The notes beneath the pieces were generated by a model. That model saw nothing but the letters and a program-made list of their open reading frames with translations, made no database searches and was not told where the DNA came from. Both the position numbers and the translations under genes were made by a program. A DNA stretch of 63,246 bases, counting the filler, from Rhabdomonas costata (lineage: Eukaryota): assembly GCA_019059605.1 (NCBI GenBank). It is 40 parts of 40 records of this genome, joined end to end, with 100 filler letters (N's around TTAATTAATTAA, not from the genome) between each part and the next. Parts side by side here need not be neighbours in the genome. Positions count along the whole stretch, not along the records: positions 23,783 to 25,266 come from JAHMHO010014787.1; positions 25,367 to 26,850 come from JAHMHO010014788.1; positions 26,951 to 28,434 come from JAHMHO010014789.1; positions 28,535 to 30,018 come from JAHMHO010014790.1; positions 30,119 to 31,598 come from JAHMHO010014791.1; positions 31,699 to 33,185 come from JAHMHO010014792.1; positions 33,286 to 34,769 come from JAHMHO010014793.1; positions 34,870 to 36,353 come from JAHMHO010014794.1; 32 more parts are not named here. One strand, given 5' to 3'. Below, piece after piece: positions 23,994 through 36,628 of this stretch (position 1 is its first letter; each line of letters opens with the position of its first letter).

Positions 23994-25266
23994 CGACGTG
24001 CCCGAGACTTGCAACGGGGTGCACCGAGAGTGCCCTGGCGACTCGGTGAAGCTCGCGGGGACGGTGTGCCGGGCCTCCGCCGGTGAATGCGACATTGCCG
24101 AGGTGTGCGACGGGAGCGCCACGGCGTGCCCCAGCCCCGCGGTGAAGATCGCGGGGACCGAATGTCGGGCCTCGGCAGGGGACTGCGACGTCGCGGAGGT
24201 GTGCGACGGGATCAACACGACCTGCCCCGGAGACCAGTTGCAGCTCTTCGGCTTCGTGTGCCGCGCTATGGCGGGAAAATGGTACCTGCCCGTTCGCTAC
24301 GGGTTCATTCTTCACCTACCGCATAATGGGGCCCGTGCCACCTCAAAAGTAAGAAGTAAGAGAATTGAGGTAATAAAAAACAACCATGACGCTCAATTGC
24401 TATGGGAACTCGGATTTTTTACCACCCGCTCCAGCTATTAAGTCCGGAGAACGCCTTGATTTAGTGCACACTTTTGCAGTTGTGACATTCTGAGGTGACG
24501 CGGATGATATTTTATTTTTTTGTGCTTCTTTTCTTTTCTTTTTTCTTTTTCTGCTCCTCCCCTCGTAACCGTACGTTATGACGTGCTGGGATTTCCTGCG
24601 CCAAGATGTCATTGTGTGTCTCTCTGTGTATGCCCCACCCCCCGAATATCAATGACTCGACGGCTGTTCCCCGAAGGTACTGGTCACCCGGTTGTGTGGG
24701 AGCTTGATGATGAATCCGGGCGTGCGCTTTTAACTGTTCACCTTTTCTCTTCCAGCGATTTTAGACGTGGATTGTAGACGGGACTTGCCGCCAACCTGTC
24801 GGGGTGCCATTCTGTCTACCCTCAAGCTGTTCTTGTCCGTGTGGAGAGATGCGAGAGTCACTCCGCTGTTTCTTCGCGTTTTCGCTGTTGCTGTCCACAC
24901 TTCACAATTCAGTGACGTGCCCGAGGCGTGCGATGGAGTCAGCGTGACCTGCCCCACGGACGCGACCTTGCCCGAAAACACCACCTGTCGCCCCTCGGAG
25001 GGTGCCTGTGACGTCGCTGAGGTGTGCAACGGCTATACCCCGCACTGCCCCGTAGACCGCGTGCTGGAGGCCAACACGACCTGTCGCGCCGTGGCCGGGG
25101 TGTGCGATGTGGCCGAGGTCTGCGACGGCAACCTGGTGTCCTGCCCCGAGGACGTCTCCGGAACGTTCCTGTGCCGCGACGTGGCTGGGCTCTGCGACGT
25201 CCCAGAGTACTGCAGCGGGTTCAGCAACGACTGCCCCACAGACGCCTTCCTGAGCTCCACCACCCC
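23994..25266 (+). CDS. Tandem disintegrin-like 32-aa repeat protein (exons 23994-24281 and 24913-25266, partial)
   Basis: Repeats of CRxxxGxCDVAEVCDGxxxxCPxD; the GT-AG intron joins GKC/DVPE in frame. Confidence 0.92.
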
Positions 25267-25527
25267 NNNNNNNNNNNNNNNNNNNNNNNNNNNNNNNNNN
25301 NNNNNNNNNNTTAATTAATTAANNNNNNNNNNNNNNNNNNNNNNNNNNNNNNNNNNNNNNNNNNNNTTTTGGGGGGAATGAGCAGCCATTTCGTATAACT
25401 TCAGGATGTAACGAACCTGCCTTCAGGAACTAAACTTTGGTTTGTTGTCTTCGAGTGTGGATTCAAGAACTTGCTTATGAGACTGAAAGTGACATAGATG
25501 CCGGTGCAGGAATGCCAGTGCCACATA

Positions 25528-26615
25528 CTTTCACATATGGGACCAAAGTCATTGTCTGGGGGGTCCCAGCACGACGACCCGGCCTCCCACGGCGGCTGAA
25601 CCCCGAAGAAAGGGAACACGAACCCTCCCCAAAGCTGCCTCACCAGCGCAGCCTTGTCGTCGGCGAGCAAAGGAACCAAAGTGCCGACCAAGGCCCAAAT
25701 ATCCACGTGAACACCGGTGGGGGGAAGCAGTGCGGCGCCAGGGCAGCCCAGGACAGCCGTGTCAGCCAAGGGGGACCCAGGTTCAGCTGACTTCGGGGTT
25801 CTGAGGGGTGCCTGCACCCGCCGAGGGCGAGACGGCGGGCATGAAGGCTTCTCTTCAATCTCTGAATCAAAAAAGCAACCGTTTGTGAGCAATGGTTTCG
25901 ATTTACGTGTATTCAGGGTACTATTCAGCAGGAGCACGGATCACTAATGAGGGAGCGTGGATGAAATGGAATATTTCTGGAGGGCGCAGGCGAAGGAACC
26001 AGGCGTGTCGTAACGCTGCGTGGCCGGCCCTTGGGGTCAGGTTTCCCGACCTTTCACTCTTGGCCGGTTGTGGTGCCCCTTCGCCTTCGCGGCTCTTACC
26101 CACACTTTGAGCCGCTTCTTTCCCCACGAAGCGGAGGGTTTACCACAGCACCTACAATTTGCTTCACAAGGAGCCACCCTCACCGAATGGGGCCTGGGAA
26201 CTGGCTCTTGGCCTGCAGTCCACAAAAATCACTGTATAGCACTATTCAGCTGAGTAGTATTGATCACTATTCAGCTCATTGGTGAACCATTTTCAATTGA
26301 GTATGGATCTCAATTCTGCTGTGTCACTATTCCAAAGTTGAAAGCACATTGGTGGCACGCGTTCGTCGTTCTTCCGTCCTTCTGCTGAAAAACAGATATC
26401 CGTGTGATGGGGGGAGGGGGCGACTGGCGAAACGCCTCCGTTAGGAAACCCATGGAAAAAGCCACTCTCCCTGAAGAAAAAACTTGAAACTTACCAGCTT
26501 CACTCTCCGGGTCACCATCACCCCAAAGAAGGCGGCTGAACTGGCTGTCGTTGAACTCCAGCGATAACGGCAGGTACTTGCCACTGTATTTCACCTGGGC
26601 CTCGGCCAGAATGGC
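25528..26615 (-). CDS. Exon fragments of an unknown protein
   Basis: AG/GT-flanked open segments ILAEAQVKYSGKYLPLSLEFNDSQFSRLLWGD (~26495-26615) and TGVHVDIWALVGTLVPLL...FFGVQPPWE (~25528-25788). Confidence 0.4.
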
Positions 26616-27843
26616 TGAAACAAACGTCAAGAAAAAATTGCAGAAATCAGGAAGGTTTTTTCTCAAAAACTCTGCATGGCATGGAACAAAAAAGTGACTG
26701 TAGAAAAAAGAGGCGCACCCTTTGGCGTCCAAGTGGATCGATCGCTAGCCTTGAACATGGCGGAATTCACATCCCAGAAACCTCCAGCGCTCCTCTCGTA
26801 CACCTAAACAAACACCTCAACACCACATCGCAGTTCCCGCCAAAACAAAANNNNNNNNNNNNNNNNNNNNNNNNNNNNNNNNNNNNNNNNNNNNTTAATT
26901 AATTAANNNNNNNNNNNNNNNNNNNNNNNNNNNNNNNNNNNNNNNNNNNNGTTGGTGGGGTGGGGAACAGAATGACGACGCTATAGGGTAACGTTGTTAT
27001 GAGGTTCAGTTAACACCCCCACCCCACCCCAATGTGTGCCAGACGGGTGGAATTGTTCTCGTTGTCTGTGACCAAGTCTGGTATGGGTTTTGAGGGCTGG
27101 CTGAAACGGGGTAGCTGCGCTCTGGCAGTCTCTTGCCTTCTGATCTCGTGAGCTGAGCATGTGCCCGGAGCCTGTTGGGTGCCGTTGATATGGGTGCTCA
27201 CCGATTATTGTCAGGTTGCTCTCTCCTGATCCGGAGGCGCTCTTCCCGTCGCAGCAGAACTGAAATTGAAACTTATGGAAGTTTCTTTTTCGGGCGAAAC
27301 ACTCCCGTTACGCTTTTGAAGCAATGCCAGGATTCAGCCTTAGAAGCACCATAGGGGCACCATACTTTTGTACAGCTCGGGGGCAGGTTGCGGAGAGCTA
27401 GGCTAAGGTAATGCTCCTGGGACACCGCTGTGGTCGAGGAAGGGGACCCCACCGTTTCCACCAGCCTGAGCTCCGCCTCCAAGGGCACTGCGGACTGTCC
27501 CGCCAACCGAACCTGTGTGCATCCCCCAGGGGAAAGTTTACAGGGCAACTGAGCATCAAACGTTCAGCAGCTGCGGAACAAAGATCAACTACCCGCCTTG
27601 AACAGGCCTCCGCCGGGAAAGGAACCATAACGAAAATCTCATTTGCTCATTAGGACTGCAAAAAGTTCAACAAGTAAATGCGTGACGTTCACACAAAATA
27701 CAACTGTCGCAGGTGGCAGGTGCACCGGACCAGCGGTCCGCCGGTTACAAGAACTAACACCTGCCTTCCGGGGAGGGGGCATTTCCTTGCTGTGCAGCTC
27801 TTCACGCACGTTGTTTGTTCCGAATGTGACTGAGCGTCATTTG

Positions 27844-28014
27844 ATGCCGGGCGGTGGAGCTGGTTCAGGGCGAAAGGATTATTTTTTCCTTCGCAATGCC
27901 GCTGCTGCGCACTCTGAGAGGAAGCGGTGGGTGTTCATTTTCCGCGTGGGGCTGCTGATAGCCGCTGTGCTGTTTTTCGGACGCTACTTGGCGAGCCTGG
28001 AACGCGTCCTGAGG
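27844..28014 (+). CDS. Putative first exon of a type II membrane protein
   Basis: MPGGGAGSGRKDYFF...RKRWVFIFRVGLLIAAVLFFGRYLASLERVLR|GT: basic residues followed by one TM helix. Confidence 0.35.
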
Positions 28015-30382
28015 GTCGTTGCCAAAAAAGAAAGCGTCGACCTCAGCGGTAGTTTTTGGCTGTGACTCGTCCATTTTGTTTTTGTGAGAAACATAGACAG
28101 AGTGAGTGCACACCAGAACCAATTCTTCGAAATTGCCGTGATGAAATTCAGGTAAAATACTAAGTACATAGTACAGCAACACTTTGAACTGAGTGCATCA
28201 CAGGAATAGCGGCATAAATATAAGCTAAAAAGTTCTGCTCGAAATGTCAGGCACTCGGGATGTTACAGGACTTAATCCAAATTTTTTTTTGATAATTTGG
28301 TTCTCCTTCATTTGTTTTGGGGGAGCAGAGTTGGAAGATGTGCGCGTGTTTGGGTAGCATGGAGTGGTTGTGGTGTGTGGGGTTGATGGTCGGACAGCAT
28401 TGCTGATTTTGAAATTGAGTTTTTCTTTATGTTGNNNNNNNNNNNNNNNNNNNNNNNNNNNNNNNNNNNNNNNNNNNNTTAATTAATTAANNNNNNNNNN
28501 NNNNNNNNNNNNNNNNNNNNNNNNNNNNNNNNNNGGTGTTTTTTATGTTAGCCGCTGACTTGAAACGCGGCGCCTTAGTCTTCGGCTAACATAAAAAACA
28601 CAAAACGATAAGAATTCGAAGCATAGTAGGTGTGCGCGTGGGGGGGGGAGGGTCAGCGAGTGTGGCTGGTTCTTTTTAACCTTTGCATCTGCTTGTTGTC
28701 ACAACGATAGGATGTTGGTTTAGACTGGCTACGGGTTCTGACGTCGCCGAAGGGAAGAGTGGTTTGAACGTGGAAGAAAGGGGCTGTTGACAAGAATACA
28801 CAGCTGATTTGGTCAGGACTACGTCAAAAGTGATCCGCACAGTGCGCGCCCCGGTCTCAGCAAAGGCAGAAGCGAAGGCTTCCGCGACGGCGGAAAAAAT
28901 GCGAACGTGCATGTGCCCGTCGACATGCGTTGCGGGGCTTTCCCAAAAGCTGTGGAACAAAAAAAGCCATTTTTATCACAGGAGACGAGTTTTAAAGCCA
29001 AAAAAGAAAGGCAGACGCCTGTCAGAGCACCACGATTTCCATGTATTTCACGTCAAAAACACGCCCATGAGTTGCGTCTACAGTGCAGCAGATGAAGTGA
29101 ATAAAGTTAAAAAATTAATCCAACCTTCTCAGACTCCCGAGTGTGCCTTTATCTCCACCTTCAACTCAGGCATAGAAACTCGACCGGTGGGTGGTGCCTC
29201 CAGGAACCATTCCTGTAAGTAACATGCAGCGTCAACTAACATTGGAATACAGCTCAACTCTTGAAAGATTGGGGTATGCCGCAAGCAGCAGGACCCAAAA
29301 AATAGGCCGTTGCCTTCCACCAATGAGGGAACACTTCTTGCAGTGATGATCGTCAGGCCCTCAGTTACATTCACGTGAAGGCCAATTCTGTGGGAGACAT
29401 GGTGAGCGGAACTGAAACCTCCAAAAACTCAACACAAGTGAACTGTACCAGCCACTTCTGAGAAAACCGAAAACGACACAGGAATGCAGTTTTCGGGAAT
29501 TTCTGCATTCCGGACGGTAAAAAGCCGCGGCTATTATAAGCATTGCTAGCAGATCGACAAATGGACAAATACAGAAAACGTCTGATGAGGCAAAAAAAAA
29601 ATACCGGTCCAGCAGCCCGTTCTGGATTGCCAGCCGTGCAGAAGAGCTCGGGTTTTCCCCGTTGACAAGCACCGACGCATGTGTGATCAGTCCTAAAAGA
29701 AATAAGGAGCAGAAGTTTAAATGGCCCACTGAAAGATGGTCCGATTCAAATGACGTTACACTTGGGTTGAGGAAACCATCGCCGGCTATGGACTCTTTTG
29801 TCATCGCCCCCCCCCCCCCCCCCCCCCCCACGCCCTCCGTCAATCACTTTTGCGTAGCGGCGCTATTCATGCCGTGAATAATGTTCGTTATTCAGCCATG
29901 CACATAGAAATGTTTTCCATCACCTTTCTCTTCCACCATCTCACAGGAGCCTTTCGCAGGCGAAACATAGCTAAAATGAAAGCAACTTGACCCAAGCGCA
30001 TGAGAAATTGTACCCACANNNNNNNNNNNNNNNNNNNNNNNNNNNNNNNNNNNNNNNNNNNNTTAATTAATTAANNNNNNNNNNNNNNNNNNNNNNNNNN
30101 NNNNNNNNNNNNNNNNNNGGTGGTTTGTGGCCCTGTTTTCGCCTGGGTTCACTCCGAAATCGAAGTCCATTACGTTTCGAACTGAACTTTTTTGACCTGC
30201 ATTTATTCCGCTGGGCGTTGGTAGCATATGCTGTCTCTTCATGAATGTGCAACGATGTAATCGATTCACGATGTAGCCATCTGTAGGTTTTTTGAAAGGC
30301 ATCGGCATGATGTTTGCAACTTGTGCTCCTCGTGCGGGCAGTGTTAGCTTTCTCTCGATCCAACAGCTGTCTTTTCTTCACG

Positions 30383-31598
30383 ATGCTGCTGGAGCTATGC
30401 TTTGCTCTGCTCGCAGTATATCTCCAGCCAGTCGTGTGCAGTCATGGCCCCTGTTGTGACGATACAAATTATTGCTTTAATTGCGTTCCGTACGAGACAT
30501 GGCATTATCCGAATCACCACTGCGACCATCTTTGCCGCCACCGCGCTTGTGGTTTTGGGACAGCCCAGCGGCGTTGCGATGTCACTGACTTCCTTTGGTA
30601 CAGTCATTGTGCGACCTTTTCATTTGAATGTGTGTGCCACAATGGGTGGAAAGGCGAACTTTGCGACGAATGTGCGATGAGGTGCGGTGCGGGGACCTGT
30701 AGCAGCAACGACCCCACGAGATGTACCTGCTTCTCGGGGAATTACTTGGACCCCCAGAGCAGCGGGCAGCGTTGCTTGCCTTGCCGGTGTGTGCATGGGG
30801 TCTGCAGGGATGGGGACCAGGGAGATGGCTCGTGCAGCAGCTGCGACCCGGGGTGGAGTGGGGACCTGTGCGACCAGCCATGCGCATACACCACAGCCCA
30901 AGACTGCCTCAGTGATGCTCAGAACACCTCGCAGCCGAGTGGCTGCGAGTGGTGCATGGGCAGCCGGAGCTGCTTTGCGAAGGGCAAGGTCCGGCTGGCC
31001 ACAGCGCAGCTCCCGTGCTCCGGCCTCGGCTGCTGCTCGTGCGGCCTTCTCTCGAGACTGCAGGATCTGAAAACGGTCGACGTCTCTCTCAGTGGGACTA
31101 TTCTTCCCCTTGTCAACTCCACCGCAAATAGCTCCGAAGCAGGGGTCATTGCTTATGTCAGCTTGTGCGTGCACGTCTGCTTTCAGGCCTTCGCCCCGTT
31201 GAGCGTTTTCTCGGGGGATGACACAGGAAGATTTTTTGTTGTTCAACTGTCTCACTCCGTTGAGGACGGGATGTCTCATCCCGTGGAATACGCACAGCCC
31301 TGCATTTACCAGGCCAACTACCAGGCGAATTGCTCTGTGATGCCTTTTGTGACCGCTGTTGGGGCTACTTTCTCGGAGTCTCACTTGTTTAGAGTGCAGC
31401 CAGTGATTCCTACGGACCCAGTGCTTCCGCTGGATTTCAATTTAACTTTCGCTGTCGACATATCTCGCCCAAATAACGAGCTGCTACTCTCCTTTTGTGC
31501 ACCTGTAATTGCCAGTGTCACACCAGGGGTGACTGGAAAAGTGGTGGTGGGCCTGAAAGCTCCTGTTGTGGTATACGTGGCTGTAGGGTCTACCAACC
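30383..31598 (+). CDS. Secreted or surface Cys-rich protein with EGF-like and PSI-like modules (5' part)
   Basis: Signal peptide MLLELCFALLAVYLQPVVCS; CVCHNGWKGELCDEC; CVHGVCRDGDQGDGSCSSCDPGWSGDLC; PSI-like CLS...GCEWCMGSRSCF. Probably contains in-frame introns. Confidence 0.85.
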
Positions 31599-31698
31599 NN
31601 NNNNNNNNNNNNNNNNNNNNNNNNNNNNNNNNNNNNNNNNNNTTAATTAATTAANNNNNNNNNNNNNNNNNNNNNNNNNNNNNNNNNNNNNNNNNNNN

Positions 31699-32752
31699 GT
31701 GTTTGCACGTGGACCTGCCACGGAACAGTGGTGACGCCGTGCCGTACATATTTTAGTTCGAATAGGTGCCCGATTCTTAAGGGGGAGGTCGGGAAGTGAG
31801 GCATGTCTCCACGTAACAGCAACCGGGTGACAGAGAAGTTGGATGAGCAGGAAATATGAAAAAGAGAGGGGCACATCGTTTCTCACACCTAAGAAGCTTC
31901 CGTAGGCGAGCCCCACGTGGATCTTCAGCATAATTCCTGTTCCGGGGACTTGGTAGCAGTTGAACTGCTCCTGCAGCCCAAGCGCACACTGCGTGGCGCG
32001 CAATAGGGGCGCCCTTTGGGTGTCTCTTTTGGGGTGGTACTCCCAAAGCGCCATGAAGGCGTCCCCCGCGAAGGCCACTATGTCCCCACTGGAGGCGTAC
32101 ACCACTTCGATCAGGCGAGTCAGGTAGTCGTTGATGTACTGATGGGAGAGCGATGGAGCAAATTAGGTCAGTGGTCTGAGCATTCGATAAAGAAAAACCG
32201 GCACACCTGCCGTATGGGACCGTCCCCATCTAAGGGACGAAGGAAAAACTTTTGATGTGAATATTCTCGCTCGTGCTCAGCGTATCGCAAAGTGGAACTC
32301 AAAGTGGAACTCTAGTTGTCAGCCATAACCAGCGGAAGGCTAAACCCGTCTCAAACCGAAACGAGCTGCCAAAACGACTGTTCTTCCGTGACGCCGCAAA
32401 AGAAAATACATCGAAAAAAGCCCCACACAGAGTCTCAAAGGCCCTCCCTACCTGCTCCCTTGCTATTCCTCCTCATCTGTGGGGCAAAAAAGTCTTGTTT
32501 ACTGGGGGCAGATTTCAATCCGAATGGAAAAGAAATCCTTTCACAGGAAAAGTACCTTTAGAAAAAAGTTTCGTCAAAGTGAGCCCGGATGACGGTAACT
32601 ATCGCGTTCTCTATTCCCACTTGGATAGGGACAAGCAGAACCTTTGACATCAGCATCGCCCCCTTGGCGCCCTGGTTGGCCATCGCGTTGGCTAAAGCGC
32701 TGAAGCCGCTGATATCCACAAAGGCGATCGCACCCTCCACTTGGGTGCAGTC
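31699..32752 (-). CDS. Soluble adenylyl cyclase-like (ADCY10-type) first catalytic domain; exons 32752-32642, 32138-31887, 31714-end
   Basis: GAIAFVDISGFSALA...GA...K/YINDYLTRLIEVVYASSGDIVAFAGDAFMALW...ATQCALGLQ...LKIHVGLAYGSFLG/VHV; GT-AG introns keep the frame. Confidence 0.9.
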
Positions 32753-33119
32753 CTAAGTCATTCGTCATTCCGAAGTGAGCGGCAGTAGAAGGTTGATGGA
32801 GGAGGAAGGTAGACAGAAACTGCATACAGAAGGTCACCGGTATGTCCAGAATGCATAATCAAAACCCATCTCAAAAATCGAAGCAGCGGAGAGACGCTCG
32901 AAACCACCGCCATCTTAAAAACTTCATCATCAAATCAGGACCTCGTAACCTTGGGAATAGTTTTCGCTGGGACGTGCAGGTCACAGCATGCAGAGTTCAG
33001 TCTTGCCCTAGAGGCGGGGTACCTTCCTATCCCAAAGAAGGGTACGCAGAATAACCTAACTCTGAACCTCCTCTGAGGTGAAGCTTCAGAGAACCTGACA
33101 TCACCTCCAACACACCCTC

Positions 33120-33161
<42 letters not shown>

Positions 33162-33630
33162 CGTGCATAAGGCATGGCGTTTTCTNNNNNNNNNNNNNNN
33201 NNNNNNNNNNNNNNNNNNNNNNNNNNNNNTTAATTAATTAANNNNNNNNNNNNNNNNNNNNNNNNNNNNNNNNNNNNNNNNNNNNGTGGTGGGTGTGTTT
33301 GGGGTTTGGTGGCTGAAGTAAGGCTCCTGTGCCCGCTTTTCTTTCCCGCTTCTCTTCTGAACCTTTTTTTTAATGAAGTAGACTGTGGCGTTCCCGGACA
33401 GGCGAAAATTAGCCGCCGTATTATCTGGACGACGGGATGCAGAACATTAATAACCGGTTCCTTTGTTGCGTGGTTTATTGGTTTATGCATGCAAAGTCTT
33501 GTCGTGCGGAAACTCTTGGGTAAACCCGCTCACCCTTAGGGACCTCATTTCAAGGTTTACTCAAAAGCAGATGTGGAGGATGTTTTTTAGGGTGAGGTTG
33601 GGATTAGTGTGTGGTTTGGTATGCAGCCCG

Positions 33631-33870
33631 ATGAGCTGCACGGCGGCCCCAACACCTGCTGCCGATTCGGAGAGGGAGCTGCTTGAGGCCGTGGTTGGCT
33701 TGCTGAAGGACAAGGCCGTGAACCCGCACAACGGCAGCGTGTCCTTGGACAGCCTGAAGAGGGCGGTCATTGTGCGGCACTCTGAGCTGTGCCACGCGGT
33801 GATGGGACCGCAGTCCTCCCTCACGGACTGGCGGGATTTCGTGCGCCGCCACTGCGAGACGCTTTGCCTA
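33631..33870 (+). CDS. First exon of an unknown protein; further coding-like segments at ~34105-34430
   Basis: GC3-rich MSCTAAP...ERELLEAVVGLLKDKAVNPHNGSVSLDSLKRAV...WRDFVRRHCETLCL|GT. Confidence 0.5.
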
Positions 33871-35018
33871 GTCCGCCGCAGTGCCCGGCTGAAGCGGGTT
33901 GCCCTGTCTCCTAACCCCCCGCAACACACACGCCCACACAAATCGTTGCTGACGCACCGTCGTGCGGCTTGTCGGAAATAGGCAGTCAAGCCAGCGTTCT
34001 CTTTTTCTAGTAACAACGGATATGCCGAGCATGAGAGAAAGAACTGCGCACAGACTAGAATTAGGTGCTGACACAGTGGAGCTGGGTATTGTGTGACACT
34101 CAGTCCTGGAGTCCTCCAGTATCTGGTGGACTTCCTGCGATCCCGCGGCCTTGAAATGAAGCGGAGCGTTCAAGTGAACCCATCCCCATTCATTTGGGAA
34201 TGGGAGTGGGGAAAGGAAGCGCTTTTCTTCTCTTGCTCTCGCTCAGAGCTGTTGCTGTATGGCGCCGCCAGGGGCACGCGAAGGGATGGCACTCCGTTCA
34301 ACTTCGATGAGGCCCGCGGGCGGGTGTTCGCTGCCGTAGAGAAGCCGATCCGCGAACCCAGGAAGTTGCATCGGCCCATCCCCCCGTGGAGGCGCCCCAA
34401 GGGGGTGGAGGACGACTACAGTCGCAGGGCATGCCCTTCTGTTCTGCCCGGGGCTTCTTTCATTTTCTGTGGTTGTTGTTCTTTCTTCTCACCCGAAACA
34501 AAAAAGATAAAAAGGGAACGTCTTCAGCAGGAACAAAACCTGCACATGACAAACAGTGGAGCTCACTGTCACGAACGGACGGTCCACATACGAGAACTGT
34601 ACAAGACGCCGAGGTCACCCCTTTCTTACCCAACCACCTTACAAACTAAAGTACTGTTCTCAGCCACTGCCTCGAGGCGGGAGCTTCTGCTCAAGTTCCC
34701 ACCTTTGCTGGCGACTGGGTTGCATCCCTTCTTCTGTGTACATTTAGACTCCATCTGCCCCACACACCCNNNNNNNNNNNNNNNNNNNNNNNNNNNNNNN
34801 NNNNNNNNNNNNNTTAATTAATTAANNNNNNNNNNNNNNNNNNNNNNNNNNNNNNNNNNNNNNNNNNNNGTGGTGGGTGTGTTTGGGGGGGTGGTTCTTT
34901 CGGAGTACAGTTCAGGCTCGCCGTGCAGAGATGGAATCCTTCGGTGTGAAGGATTCCTTTTGAAGTGGGGAAAGTGAAATGGGTGGGTGGCGTGGCGTTT
35001 GATCGAATTTGTTTGCAG

Positions 35019-36292
35019 GCCGGATGAGGAGGCGGATGTGGTGATCAACCCCAAGCAGCGCGCTGGGCAACTTCTGAACTTTATACCGGTACGAGAGAGA
35101 GAGAGAGAGAGACCCCAGAGCCAGCTCCAGAGCTCTAGAGTAACCCCCACAAATTGAACTGCTTTGGGCAGGTCCCATTTCTCTTTCGTGCATTGGTGTC
35201 TGCGTTATGGAAGTGTTTCAGGTTAGCAGCTGACCGTAGCTATAGGTTTCAGCTGTCTCTTTCTTTCTTTCTCAGATCATTACACGATATGGTCTGACTT
35301 GGCACAGGCAAATGTTACTAAGTGCGTGCAGGGTAACTGCGGTTGAATGATAAATAGTAGATGTTAATAATCAAATAGTAACAAAAAAACAATGAAGCTG
35401 TTCTCTTCGGTTTGTTTTTTAAGTTACGTTCCCATGGAGTGTATATGCAATCGTGTGTCCGTGCGTTCGCTCTGGTTTATTGTGCAACGCGCGTCCGCCT
35501 GGGTTGGGGGTGAAATCGAAACAGGGGGTGGACGTGTTCTCTGTAAAGTCCCAGCTGGCGCTGCGGCGAGAGCTGTCCACTTTGCTCCCGCCGTGCACGT
35601 TTGTGGTGGAGCGGTGGGCGGTGCGCACAGAGCTCAGCGGGGGGCCCCCGTCAGAGGCTGCGCAGCAGCAGCGGTGGTTCCTAAAGCCCTCCTGGGTTGA
35701 GATGGGCGGGGGTACGGCCCCCCGTACTGTCCCACTCTCTTCGAAAACAACTCGGTCGGTCAAGGAAAGAAAGCGATGGCCCACCCAAATCCTCCACCAC
35801 AGTTCAGCTCAGTCGCCTCCCGCCACAGAATCTTCCATCAGAAGAAAGAAAGTTGAGGGGCGCAAAAGGGCATGGGTGCCACTCAGCGTAATGACATTAT
35901 CTGGAGGATCCTGACCCGTTGTTCGGTGCCCCACGTCTAGCAACCTAGCAACAGTGCTATAGGACCCTGGGCTGCGCTCGTCTTGGGGTAACTTTTCAGT
36001 ATCGCTCTCCTTCACTGGTGTGATTGTTTCCTTTTCCGTCTTTTCTTCGCGCAAACCTACACACAAACAAACCAACGCAACTGCTCCCAAATCAAAGAAG
36101 AAAGGTTCCCCGGATTGAACTGGCCTGCCTCTTTTTTTTTTTTCAGGACACGGTGTGCAGGTGTTCCCTAGCTACGGCGCCCTGGTGGCGTTCTTGCGGC
36201 AGCAGGAGCAGGCTGCGCGGCGCACCGCAGATGAGACCACCCTGAGGGAGCTGGAGCAGAGGCTGTGCAGGACGGGCTACAACAAGTTTAAG
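35019..36292 (+). CDS. Tubulin-tyrosine ligase-like (TTLL) fragment; exons 35019-35088, 35525-35711, 36147-36292
   Basis: The spliced product has LLNFIP/GVDVFSVKSQLA (~NHFPG...K..L) and WFLKPSWVEMGG/GHGVQVF (~WIxKP...G.GI). Exon phases agree. Confidence 0.75.
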
Positions 36293-36628
36293 GTTTGCTG
36301 CCCTGCCACAGCCTGTTCGGATCAACCTCGACGTTTTCGCCTCATCCCCAAAANNNNNNNNNNNNNNNNNNNNNNNNNNNNNNNNNNNNNNNNNNNNTTA
36401 ATTAATTAANNNNNNNNNNNNNNNNNNNNNNNNNNNNNNNNNNNNNNNNNNNNGGGGGTGGGGGGTCGACGGTCCATGGTCCATGGTCTATGATCGATAT
36501 TCAATGGCAGGCGGTAATTGTGGGATGCTGTGACAGACGGGAGGATCGCGCTGTTCCAAAGCCTTTTTGAAAGTCGATTTGTCGCTGCGGGAAGTGAACG
36601 AGTGTGTTGTTGGGGCATCACCTCGCAG

